A DNA stretch of 64,000 bases from Promethearchaeota archaeon (GTDB lineage Archaea > Asgardarchaeota > Lokiarchaeia > Sigyniarchaeales > SOKP01), in assembly GCA_019058295.1 (NCBI GenBank), contig JAHPZI010000022.1:133083-197082 (forward strand). Reading direction: 5' to 3'. The notes under the pieces are model-generated. The model was given only the letters and a program-made list of their open reading frames with translations. It was not told the origin of the DNA and searched no databases. The translations under genes and the position numbers were made by a program. Positions 27,993-37,367 of this stretch are shown here, in pieces (positions within the stretch are counted from its first letter, which is position 1; every line of letters begins with the position of its first letter).

Positions 27993-28067
27993 TTTATTAA
28001 CACACTCTAATTCTTTTCTTAATTAACAATATATATAATTCATATTGTTTAAATAATTTAATATATA

Positions 28068-29105
28068 TTATATCATCCCAAAACTTATAAATCCAAAATA
28101 AATTAATCCTGCTAAAATAGCTGCCACCGGAAACGTTAAAATCCAAAATATAAACATCTTTCCTAATTTGCCATAGTCTACTTCTTTTTTTTTAGCTAAA
28201 TTCATGCCAATAATACAAAATACAATCACATGGCTGTGACTTATTGGAACACTAAAAACAACCGTACAAAACATTAATATTATGGCTGAAGCAAGCTGAA
28301 TGATAAAACCATCGGAGGGACGAGCATCTGTTAACTGACTTGCTAAATTTCTGATAACATAACGACCTGCAATAAATAGCCCCAAGAAAGCTATCAGGGC
28401 ACAAATTACAACAAAAAAATAATATCCAACAATAGTTAAATAGCCATTACTATATAATGCATATAAAATCCCTAAAGCTTCTGCCGAATTTGCACCTACC
28501 CATATTTCCGCAAAAATAATTGCAAATAACAACGCCCAAGCAAAATTTTTCTCTGATCTTTCAATTTCATTTAGTCCTTTCTTTTTTGATAAATATAACT
28601 TATCAATTATTTTATAAAGAAGGTAAGTACCAAGTAAGCCAAATAAAGGACTTAAAAACCATGAAAGTATAACTCCGCCCAATTTTTCCCAATTAAACGC
28701 CATTCCAAGATTAACGCCCCCAGAAAAGATAGCATATACAATAACAACTCCAAAAATACTTCCTATTAGGCTGTGAGTACTAGAGAGCGGTATTCCTGCA
28801 AAAGACCCAATGATTAGCCATATTATTGCGCTTATTAATACTGCTAAAAGCATAAATACAGTATATCTTATTCCTGATCCCAATATTTTTTGACCAACTA
28901 AACTTGCAACTCCTTCTGAAAGAAATATTGTTCCAAAAGCGATAGCAGCCCCTCCTATAATAAGTACAAATTTAAATTTTAAAGTTCCTGCTGCTGCTAA
29001 AGGTGCACATGTTTCATCATTTGCACCTATCGAAAAAGCTAATCCTATTGCTAAGACAATTAAAACGACAACCAAAATGGCCGCTAATTCATATTCAAAA
29101 GCCAT
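28068..29105 (-). CDS. pit: PiT-family inorganic phosphate transporter
   Basis: IGANDE, GIPLSSTHS, VGANS, PISHSH signatures. Confidence 0.92.
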   Translation of the reverse strand: MAFEYELAAILVVVLIVLAIGLAFSIGANDETCAPLAAAGTLKFKFVLIIGGAAIAFGTIFLSEGVASLVGQKILGSGIRYTVFMLLAVLISAIIWLIIGSFAGIPLSSTHSLIGSIFGVVIVYAIFSGGVNLGMAFNWEKLGGVILSWFLSPLFGLLGTYLLYKIIDKLYLSKKKGLNEIERSEKNFAWALLFAIIFAEIWVGANSAEALGILYALYSNGYLTIVGYYFFVVICALIAFLGLFIAGRYVIRNLASQLTDARPSDGFIIQLASAIILMFCTVVFSVPISHSHVIVFCIIGMNLAKKKEVDYGKLGKMFIFWILTFPVAAILAGLIYFGFISFGMI

Positions 29106-29126
29106 ATATCAGACCCTAAATTCGGC

Positions 29127-29798
29127 TCATTTGAAATAGAAGTATTTGGTAGCTAAAAATTGAATGTATTCCGCGAATTTCTTAATATGATTAGCAAGCA
29201 TCTTTATTCCTTCAATTAATTCTTTTAAATAAAGAAAAGTCCTTGAAAGGTAATCCATATCGTAATTCCATAGACGTTCTAGTAAATCCCATTCCTCAAT
29301 CCTCATCTTTCTTCTTTCCTCTTTTATGTATTCGCAAATCTCATGTGCTCGTTCTAAATCAGTTCCAATTGTTTTAACTGCTTCAACTAAATTCATTGTA
29401 ATTTGTCTAAGAGATTTCAATATTAATTCCAATTTAAGCTTAAATTCCTCGTCAGGAAACACTACTTTATATAGTAACATTTTATGTGCTAAAAATTCAC
29501 CAATATCCTTAATATCGTTGATTTTATCAAAGACTTTTAACCGATCAGCTTTAGAGAACATTAATTTGGATTTAAATATTTTAGCTTCGAATGTCTTTTT
29601 TATATCTAGTTCAGTTTTCGTTTCAATTACATGATTCAAATTTTTAGTAAAATTTTCAAAATCTTCTTTTGTTAAATATTCAATTCCATCTATTAATTTC
29701 TGTGTCTGCTCATTTATTGTATCCATAAATAAATGAGTTAAATCATCAATTCTTAATTTTTTAAGTTCCTTTTTAGTTAAATCTGTAATTTCAACCAT
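29127..29798 (-). CDS. Divergent DUF47-like helical-bundle protein
   Basis: Same length and helical pattern as the neighbouring DUF47 proteins (FSKADRL, IKEERRKMR); in operon with pit. Confidence 0.65.
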   Translation of the reverse strand: MVEITDLTKKELKKLRIDDLTHLFMDTINEQTQKLIDGIEYLTKEDFENFTKNLNHVIETKTELDIKKTFEAKIFKSKLMFSKADRLKVFDKINDIKDIGEFLAHKMLLYKVVFPDEEFKLKLELILKSLRQITMNLVEAVKTIGTDLERAHEICEYIKEERRKMRIEEWDLLERLWNYDMDYLSRTFLYLKELIEGIKMLANHIKKFAEYIQFLATKYFYFK

Positions 29799-30100
29799 AT
29801 TATTGATCCCGTTCTTTTTTTTAAAAATTCAAAACCATTATTTCAAGAAAATTAATCTTTTAGGTATGTTCTATTAATCCAATTTAATTTTATTAATTTT
29901 CTATCAATTAATAAATTTATAATAATAGGTTAATTATTTTTTAAAATTGACTAATTATTTAATCCATGCTATAGTTCATTTTGTCTTTTTCTTATTATAA
30001 AGTCGAGAAATTTTTGGCTTGTATCGAAAAAGGTTTAATAAAATCACTTAAAAAAGTAGAGTGAATATCATTATGGTTTAAAAATTATTAGATAACTTTG

Positions 30101-30196
30101 ATAACTTATTATAAGACTACGGATATTGTGGCAACTTTGTTAAAAATAATAGGACAAAAACCACATAAAAGTGTTTTAGTAGAAAGCTTAATTTAA
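30101..30196 (+). pseudogene. Orphan copy of the 3' end of the AlkP-family gene (27171..27266)
   Basis: Translates ITYYKTTDIVATLLKIIGQKPHKSVLVESLI* versus ITYCKTTDIVPTLLKFLGKRAHKSVIGKCLI*; 70/96 nt identical by hand count. Confidence 0.85.
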
Positions 30197-30264
30197 AAAA
30201 TAATTATTTAAGTCAAAATTAATCATAATAAATTTGATTTATGTTTGGAAGGATGGAATTGGAT

Positions 30265-30504
30265 TTAGTCTTTAAAAAAATATTCTGTTCCATTTGAAAT
30301 TGATTTCTTAATTTGTTCTTTCTCCACTAATTCTTGTAAAAAACTGTATAAATACATTTTACCTCCTATTTTTAATCTTAAATTAAATTCTATTTCCTCT
30401 AATTTAAGACCATATCCTTTATTTTCTTCGAATATTTGATATAGCTTTTCTATTATTTCCTTTTTATTTTCTCCTTTTGTTATATCTTCTATTGGTGTTG
30501 GTAT
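30265..30504 (-). CDS. Small winged-helix-like protein (79 aa), probable ATA start; missing from the ORF track
   Basis: GGTGA-N7-ATA, then (M)PTPIEDITKGENKKEIIEKLYQIFEENKGYGLKLEEIEFNLRLKIGGKMYLYSFLQELVEKEQIKKSISNGTEYFFKD*. Confidence 0.65.
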   Translation of the reverse strand: MPTPIEDITKGENKKEIIEKLYQIFEENKGYGLKLEEIEFNLRLKIGGKMYLYSFLQELVEKEQIKKSISNGTEYFFKD

Positions 30505-30557
30505 TTCATTCTCACCTATTCTTTTTTATTTTAAAAATTAATTTTTTATAGACATAG

Positions 30558-30974
30558 TCAAGATTTAATTAAATTCTCAGTAATCCATTTTTTTATTTGG
30601 TTTCTTACAGATCTAAAAAACTCTATTATGTGGTCATCTGCCCCTTTAAATGCAACAGGATCATCAAATGGAGCATGAATCATTTCTTTTGCTTTCGGAA
30701 AAAAAGGACAAACTTTTTTAGCATTATCGCAAACAGTTATTACAATATCAAATTCAACATTATTGAATTCAGAAATATTTTTTGACATTTGTTTTGATAT
30801 ATCAATACCTATTTCTTCCATAACTTTAATTGCGTAAGGATTTATTCTTGAGGGGTTTGTCCCTGCGCTAAATGCTTCGAATTTATCGCTATAAAAATAA
30901 TTAATTAATCCTTCCGCTATCTGAGAGCGCGCTGAATTTCCAGTACAAATGAATAAAACCTTTTTCTTCTTCAT
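30558..30974 (-). CDS. arsC: Thioredoxin-type arsenate reductase (LMW-PTP family)
   Basis: CTGNSARSQ, SAGT, VCDNAKKVCP, DDP. Confidence 0.9.
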   Translation of the reverse strand: MKKKKVLFICTGNSARSQIAEGLINYFYSDKFEAFSAGTNPSRINPYAIKVMEEIGIDISKQMSKNISEFNNVEFDIVITVCDNAKKVCPFFPKAKEMIHAPFDDPVAFKGADDHIIEFFRSVRNQIKKWITENLIKS

Positions 30975-31019
30975 AAAAATTTACCAAAAATCTAAATAAG
31001 AAATATCTTATGGTTTTAA

Positions 31020-31703
31020 TTATGTTCTTTTCGCAACTGTTAGCATTATAATATAATCAGCAGTATCTTCTGCATTATCACTAATGGCTTCAAGAATTGA
31101 AATAAAATTATGGATTTCAATTGCACAGAAAGGATTAATATTAGGATGGTTTGAAAGAAGAGTATGATTTATTATAAAACGTAGCTCATCACATTCATGT
31201 TCAAGAATATTAATTTCTTCACCTATTTTTTGTATTTCTGCCTTTTCTAACGTTATTAAACTTTTAACCATATGGTTTAACATTTTAACTGCCTTTACAG
31301 AGATTCTAGCCATTTCTATAATTGTCTCATGAACTTTTTTATCAAGGTTTAAGAAATCAGTAGGGTTAATATAACCTAGAATTCTTGCTCCAGCATTAGT
31401 AGCATTAGCGACTTCATCAATTCTACGTACGAGATGAATTAAATTTTCACGTATTATAGACGTGAGTTCGGCTTTGGAAAGCATTCCAAGTATATCTCTT
31501 CTTATTATGTCAGCTTCATGCTCTAATTTATCAACACGAGAAAAAACTTTATGAGCAAGGTCAATTTTTCTCTCTTCAATGAAAAATGTTAGCCCTTTCT
31601 CAAATTCTACAACGCATTCGAGAACCTTTTGCATATGAACTAAAGTTTTATTAATTGCGGTCTCTTCATTACGAGATTTAAACCATTCAAACAAGGAACT
31701 CAT
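31020..31703 (-). CDS. DUF47/PhoU-div phosphate transport regulator
   Basis: LEHEADIIRR, IDEVAN, LEHECD, ISDNAEDTAD. Confidence 0.88.
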   Translation of the reverse strand: MSSLFEWFKSRNEETAINKTLVHMQKVLECVVEFEKGLTFFIEERKIDLAHKVFSRVDKLEHEADIIRRDILGMLSKAELTSIIRENLIHLVRRIDEVANATNAGARILGYINPTDFLNLDKKVHETIIEMARISVKAVKMLNHMVKSLITLEKAEIQKIGEEINILEHECDELRFIINHTLLSNHPNINPFCAIEIHNFISILEAISDNAEDTADYIIMLTVAKRT

Positions 31704-31737
31704 TATTCTAACCTCCAGATCTTATTTTTTTTTTATT

Positions 31738-32961
31738 TTATTCTAATTTTAATACTTCTTTTATTACATTATCACCGGGATGTTTAAAAACAATTCCCAG
31801 TTCTTTTGGAAAATAAACTGTCACTTCCAAATTTTCTAAAAATGTATTATATATTTCAGCAGTTGCTGGATTTGTCACAATTATTATTTTTTCTTTACCA
31901 TTTATATTAACTAGAACTTCGAATCTATAAAAAACACCCATAAACTTACGTCTAAAAATTTTTCCATGGAGAGCATTATGTTTTTCTTTTGTTCTATCCC
32001 CTAATCGAATTTTCATATGATTAGCTCTAGTTACTAATAGTACTTTATCTCCATTTTGAATTTTTTCATAAACTGATTTTTGTACATAAGACGCAAAAAC
32101 TTCGGATAATCCTATATCAATAGGTATAGGAATTAAATTCTTTTTGATTTTTGAGAAAAATTTGTCTCCATGCTTTCCATTTGTATTAATATCCCATGAA
32201 GCTTTATTATTTTTTACAAAAATACCTTCAAAATAATTAATTTCACTCATGAAGTTTGCCACAAAAAGATTTTTAGGTTTATAATAGATTTCATAAGGAG
32301 TACCTACTTGTTCAAGTTTACCGTTATTAATTACAGCGATTCGATCAGCAACCATCATAGCTTCTTGTTCCTCATTTGTTACATGTATTACTGTTAATTC
32401 TAATAATTTAGATTTTGCCATTAATAACAATTCTCTCCTTAAATTCATTCTAAGTCCTGCATCAAGTGCCTTCAACGGCTCGTCTAATATTAATAATTTA
32501 GTTTGCTCCAAATTCATGAGAGCACGACAAAGTGCGACTCTTTGTTTCATACCGCCACTCATTTCTTCAGGTAAAGCTTCATTTCTGCCTGTGAGAAGTG
32601 TCATCATTAAAATTTCTTCGACAATTATTTGTGTTTGTACAGGACTACGTGAATGAACACGAGCACTATAGGCAATATTATCATATATTGACATATGAGG
32701 AAAAAGAGCATAATTTTCAAACATAAATCCTAAATTTCGTTTACCAGGGGATCGTTTTGTAACATCTTTATCATCAAAAAAAATTCTTCCAGAATCTGGT
32801 TTAATTAAACCAGCAATTATTTTTAATAATGTAGTTTTTCCTGCTCCTGTTGGTCCAAGAATTATGAAATATTCTCCATCTTTAATCTTTAATGATATAT
32901 CATCCAAAGCTTTAAATTTTTTGAAAGATTTTGATATATTTTTTAATTCTATATCTACGAT
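31738..32961 (-). CDS. ABC importer ATP-binding subunit (PotA/MalK-like), probable ATC start
   Basis: GPTGAGKT, MSGGMKQR, ILDEP, VTN. In-frame N-terminal extension IVDIELKNISKSF lies upstream of the TTG at 32907; GAGGTGA SD 6 nt before ATC 32961. Confidence 0.88.
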   Translation of the reverse strand: MVDIELKNISKSFKKFKALDDISLKIKDGEYFIILGPTGAGKTTLLKIIAGLIKPDSGRIFFDDKDVTKRSPGKRNLGFMFENYALFPHMSIYDNIAYSARVHSRSPVQTQIIVEEILMMTLLTGRNEALPEEMSGGMKQRVALCRALMNLEQTKLLILDEPLKALDAGLRMNLRRELLLMAKSKLLELTVIHVTNEEQEAMMVADRIAVINNGKLEQVGTPYEIYYKPKNLFVANFMSEINYFEGIFVKNNKASWDINTNGKHGDKFFSKIKKNLIPIPIDIGLSEVFASYVQKSVYEKIQNGDKVLLVTRANHMKIRLGDRTKEKHNALHGKIFRRKFMGVFYRFEVLVNINGKEKIIIVTNPATAEIYNTFLENLEVTVYFPKELGIVFKHPGDNVIKEVLKLE

Positions 32962-32976
32962 AAGATTTCACCTCGG

Positions 32977-34122
32977 TCACATTAAAGATAATTCATGTAA
33001 TAAGTCTTTAGGAGCTGTAAATACATGAATATCGTCTATATGAATTCCTACTATCAATATATCTCCTGGATTAAAATTTTCTTCAAATATTCCTGGTTTT
33101 ACTGACAAAAAATTATCTCCATTATCTAGTGATAGATAAAACCTTTTTGTAGCACCAATAAATCTTGTATTTTCCAACTTTGCTTCAAAAAATTGCATCT
33201 TAGACCAATCATAAGGGCTTTTGCCAAAATCATAATCTTTTGGAAATAGATAAACATCTTCAAACCGGAAGCCAATAACAATACTATCATCCAAATTAAA
33301 TTTACTTCCAAAATTATTGCACATAATTTTTGGACCTCCTAAACGTGTCCATACTTTAATTTTTTCGTTTTCTAAGAGCTTCAGAACAAATCCTTGAAGA
33401 AAATTCGTTTCTCCCAAGAAATTTGCGATAAATATGCTTTTTGGGTTCTCATATAATTCATATGGCGTTCCCATCTGAAGAATTTGTCCCGCTCTCATAA
33501 TAATAATCTTATCTGCAATAGCCATAGCTTCTTCTTGATTATGTGTGACATGAATTGCAGTGAGACCTAAATCCTTAATTAAATTTCTTAGTTCATGGCG
33601 AAAAACTTTTGAAACTTTTGGATCTAATGAACCCAACGGTTCATCCATAATTAAAATTTTTGCTCCTGTTGCGATAGCTCGAGCAATTCCTAATTTTTGT
33701 AAACCAGGATTTCCAAACATAGAGGGATAATCATCAGCATTTTCCAATAACTCAACCATTTTTAACGCCCATTCAGCCTTTTCAATAATATATTCCTCAT
33801 TATATCCTCTCATTTCTAAACCAAAAGTTACATTTTCCCATACTGTCATATGATCAAAAATTTCAAAATGTTGGAAAATGAAACCCATATCTCTATCTTC
33901 CGGAGGAATACCGTCTACATTTTTTCCATCTATAAGTACTTTACCATTAGTAGGATTCTCAAGACCTGCTATCATACGTAAAGTTGTTGTTTTACCGCAT
34001 CCACTAGGACCTATCAGAAATATATATTCTCCATCATTAAATTTAAGAGAAATATTGTCAACAGCAAGGACTTTTCCTTCGTCAAAAGTTTTTGTTATAT
34101 TAATTAACTCGATAGATGGCAT
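32977..34122 (-). CDS. ABC importer ATP-binding subunit with degenerate signature motif
   Basis: GPSGCGKT, IMDEP and VTHN present; the LSGGQ position reads MFGNPG. Confidence 0.9.
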   Translation of the reverse strand: MPSIELINITKTFDEGKVLAVDNISLKFNDGEYIFLIGPSGCGKTTTLRMIAGLENPTNGKVLIDGKNVDGIPPEDRDMGFIFQHFEIFDHMTVWENVTFGLEMRGYNEEYIIEKAEWALKMVELLENADDYPSMFGNPGLQKLGIARAIATGAKILIMDEPLGSLDPKVSKVFRHELRNLIKDLGLTAIHVTHNQEEAMAIADKIIIMRAGQILQMGTPYELYENPKSIFIANFLGETNFLQGFVLKLLENEKIKVWTRLGGPKIMCNNFGSKFNLDDSIVIGFRFEDVYLFPKDYDFGKSPYDWSKMQFFEAKLENTRFIGATKRFYLSLDNGDNFLSVKPGIFEENFNPGDILIVGIHIDDIHVFTAPKDLLHELSLM

Positions 34123-34123
34123 C

Positions 34124-35791
34124 TCATTTACCTCCCTGGGTTCTTACAGCTCTTAACGCTAGAATTAAGAAAGCACTGAAAATAATTACTACCGTACTTG
34201 CAAAAATTGCACTCGCAAAAGCATTTGCTTCCACCCAATCTACGATTAAAACAGGAACAGTTCTAATATTTCCCATAACAACAATAGTTGCCCCTGTTTC
34301 TCCAAGGGAACGTGTAAAAACCATAATACATCCTGCTAAAATCCCTTGTTTGATACTTGGGAAAGTTATTTTCCTAAATACCGTCATGTTAGATGCTCCC
34401 AAAGTACGAGCTGCTTCTTCAACTCCTACATTAGTCGATTCTAAAACACCGATAATTGGACGAACCATATATGGAAAAGTAAAAGTGATATGAACAAATA
34501 AAATCATATAGAAACCGGGTTGAAATAACCCAATGCCCGCTGGGCCCCAAAACATAAATATTGCAAAACCTAATGCCGCAGAAGGTATAGCTATTGGAAT
34601 ATCGAGTATTGTATCTAAAATAGTTATAATCCTTCCCCAACTTCTTTTAACAATTATAAATGCAAATGGTATCCCAACTAGGAGATTAATAAAAACAGCC
34701 AATATTGCTATATAGATTGAATTCATAAATGCCACATATAAATAAGCCCATTTATAATCCTTACCTAAAAATAACTCATCTATTATATCAGCACCTATTA
34801 CTCTAGTTATAATATAAAATGATGGAATAAGGATAAGAAGAAGAAGTACTGTCCCTGTTAGCGCGTCTCTAATGACACGTAAACTTTTATGACTTAAATG
34901 TTTCTCAAATCCAGGCCAAACGCTCTTAATTGGTAACCCAACTTTTCTCGTAAAAAATTTTATAGAAAATAATAATATTATCGAGATTGCTATTAAAATT
35001 CCAGCGATAAGTGATGCAGCAGGTAATTCCAATTGCCTTCTAAATCCAACTATCACAATAGGAGCAGTCTCAACTAATCCCGAAAGGATAATTGTTGCTC
35101 CTGTTTCACCTAAACTCCTTGTAAAGGCAAGAATTGCTCCCGCAATAATTCCTTCTTTCATCATTGGAAGTGTTATGGTTCTAAATACAGTAAATCCAGG
35201 AGCACCGAGTGTTCTTGCAGCATCCTCATATAGAGTATCGGTCTTTTCTAAGACTATTTTCATATTACGGACTATATACGGAAATGTAAAAATAACATGT
35301 CCTAATAATATTAATAGAAATCCTGGATTAACTCCAAATATTCCCCAATATAACAATACTGAAAAACCCAAAGCACTAGTTGGTACTGCCATTGGTAAAT
35401 CAACCATAGCGTCTAAAATCTTTTTTCCTCTGAAGTTATAACGAGTTAATATAATTGCTGTTGGAAATGCGATTATGATATCTATAAGTACTGCAATTGC
35501 AGCTATTGAAAAAGATACTGCTAAAGCTTCTAAAATAATACGCCACTTCAAATCACCCAATATTTCGTCGTTAAATACATCTCTATAAATTGTAGGAAGA
35601 TTTAGGAATATAGTTAAATATATGTAAATTATTGGTCCTATAATAACAAGAATAAAAAAAAGAATTACTACTGAATCAAGACTTTTCCGATATATAGGTT
35701 TTGAAAAATGGCGATCGAATTTTAAATTTAGGGGTAATTTTAAATCTTCATTCTTTGAGTTTTCTTTTAATTTCTTATTAATTTTGCTCAT
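34124..35791 (-). CDS. ABC permease with two fused inner-membrane domains (CysT/W-ModB/FbpB-like)
   Basis: Duplicated DLPMAVPTSALG/DIPIAIPSAALG, EDAARTLGA/EEAARTLGA and FTRSLGETGAT. Confidence 0.9.
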   Translation of the reverse strand: MSKINKKLKENSKNEDLKLPLNLKFDRHFSKPIYRKSLDSVVILFFILVIIGPIIYIYLTIFLNLPTIYRDVFNDEILGDLKWRIILEALAVSFSIAAIAVLIDIIIAFPTAIILTRYNFRGKKILDAMVDLPMAVPTSALGFSVLLYWGIFGVNPGFLLILLGHVIFTFPYIVRNMKIVLEKTDTLYEDAARTLGAPGFTVFRTITLPMMKEGIIAGAILAFTRSLGETGATIILSGLVETAPIVIVGFRRQLELPAASLIAGILIAISIILLFSIKFFTRKVGLPIKSVWPGFEKHLSHKSLRVIRDALTGTVLLLLILIPSFYIITRVIGADIIDELFLGKDYKWAYLYVAFMNSIYIAILAVFINLLVGIPFAFIIVKRSWGRIITILDTILDIPIAIPSAALGFAIFMFWGPAGIGLFQPGFYMILFVHITFTFPYMVRPIIGVLESTNVGVEEAARTLGASNMTVFRKITFPSIKQGILAGCIMVFTRSLGETGATIVVMGNIRTVPVLIVDWVEANAFASAIFASTVVIIFSAFLILALRAVRTQGGK

Positions 35792-35816
35792 AATTATTCC
35801 AATCTTTTAATTGGTT

Positions 35817-36953
35817 TTAAAATTCTCTGTTTTTACAGAGCAACCACATGTCTGGGATTCTTAATAATGCATCTTCATCTTTAGGAACAGATAACTCAGT
35901 CACATTGAGATTATAGGTAATCCCATTTTTATCATAATTAAAAACATCCTTATCCAAAGGGATTGATGTATCAATCGGTCGAAATCCATATTCCACAGCT
36001 GATTCAACTGTTTCTCTCTCATTAAGAAACTTTAGAAATTTTCCTGCAATACGTTCTTGTTTTGGAGTAATCCAGTCCGCATTTAATATACAGAAAGGAT
36101 GATCGCTATAGAGAGTTCCTTCTTCTGGATAAATTGCGATTATTTTTCCTTCAGTCGATTCACTCGAAATATCCACTATTAAATTTTCATATAGAAAAGC
36201 TAAATTTAAGCCATTGGGTCCTTGGGTTTGCATATATCTGCTCAAGAAACCAGTTGATTTCCCATACAAAACAGCAGTAGATTCAAAAACAGTAAGCCAC
36301 TTTTGATTATATTCATCTTTTAAATCTTCCATTGTTATATCTTCGGAAGGTTTTCCAGTAGCAGCAGATAATGCCATTATTACTGTCATAAAACCTGAAT
36401 TTGAAAGCCGTGGATCTGTATGAGCCATTTTAAATTCAACATCTAATTCTGCAATTAAATCAAATACATCATTAAATCCATTTATTTTATTCGTCTTATT
36501 AAATTCTTCCCATGTTGCGATTACAATAGGAGAATAAATTATTTTCACAGCTTCATCGACATCTACAATGTCTTTTTCACTGCCGGTGTAATCTTTCCAT
36601 TTTGTATTAAGATAGGGCATCCAAATGGAACTTGCTGGGCTCCATATAGTTGGAAAGATTTCACCATTCAAAATGCTAATTATGGAGTCAGCGGATCCAT
36701 AAGGATACATATGTATCATAATATTCTCATCAGGATGGTTCTTTTCCCAATCTTCCATAAAATCTGAATAAGCCTGAGTCATCCAACTTGCTTTTTCAGA
36801 ACTATATATAATATAAATGTGAGTGACGTCTTCTTGACCTAACGAAAATATTAAATTAGTGGAGAGATACCCCCCAAAAAATCCCGAAATAAAAATTATA
36901 AAAATTAATACTTTAGTATTCTTTTTAACTCTATGTATTTTAGCCTTAGTCAT
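35817..36953 (-). CDS. Membrane-anchored substrate-binding protein (SBP_bac_11-like, of the kind usually fused to vWA domains)
   Basis: N-terminal TM; SSEK, PTIWSPASSIW, SPIVIA, TDPRLSNSG, YENL, YPEEGTLYSDHP. Confidence 0.8.
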   Translation of the reverse strand: MTKAKIHRVKKNTKVLIFIIFISGFFGGYLSTNLIFSLGQEDVTHIYIIYSSEKASWMTQAYSDFMEDWEKNHPDENIMIHMYPYGSADSIISILNGEIFPTIWSPASSIWMPYLNTKWKDYTGSEKDIVDVDEAVKIIYSPIVIATWEEFNKTNKINGFNDVFDLIAELDVEFKMAHTDPRLSNSGFMTVIMALSAATGKPSEDITMEDLKDEYNQKWLTVFESTAVLYGKSTGFLSRYMQTQGPNGLNLAFLYENLIVDISSESTEGKIIAIYPEEGTLYSDHPFCILNADWITPKQERIAGKFLKFLNERETVESAVEYGFRPIDTSIPLDKDVFNYDKNGITYNLNVTELSVPKDEDALLRIPDMWLLCKNREF

Positions 36954-36980
36954 GATAATGAGAGATATGTGTCAATTGTC

Positions 36981-37079
36981 TTAAATAAATGATCTAATGT
37001 AATTATCTATAATAGCGAATATTATACCACCTAATATTCCTAATAAAAAAATAGAAAAATATATATAAAGCCGTTTCAT
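36981..37079 (-). CDS. 32-aa single-TM small protein heading the ABC operon (below ORF-track cutoff)
   Basis: ATG 37079: MKRLYIYFSIFLLGILGGIIFAIIDNYIRSFI*, ending 27 nt before the SBP start. Confidence 0.55.
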   Translation of the reverse strand: MKRLYIYFSIFLLGILGGIIFAIIDNYIRSFI

Positions 37080-37367
37080 AAGTTTTCTCTAATCTATCAT
37101 TTATTTATCTTTTTGATATTTGATTTTAAATTATCCATAAATATATTAAAGATGTTTCGACATAGAATATGGTGGATTATTTAGAATCTATAAAACTATA
37201 GACTTTATATAGAGGATAATTATTCTCATAAAATAGTTAATAGAAAATTAATAATTAGGGTGGATAAATTTAAATTTCAAAATTAATGGAAATATATATA
37301 TCTATATAGAATAACTAAAATATATAGAAAACGTTTTATAATATTGCAGAAATATACATAAAATAAG

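Noticed and set aside
24294-30196. tRNA-anchored integrative element
   Set aside because: No integrase and no duplicated tRNA 3' end seen in the window.
32961-32979. Possible UGA readthrough or selenocysteine fusion of the two in-frame ABC ATPase genes
   Set aside because: Needs two UGA readthroughs; the second UGA is part of the GAGGTGA SD; no Cys-equivalent position or SECIS seen.
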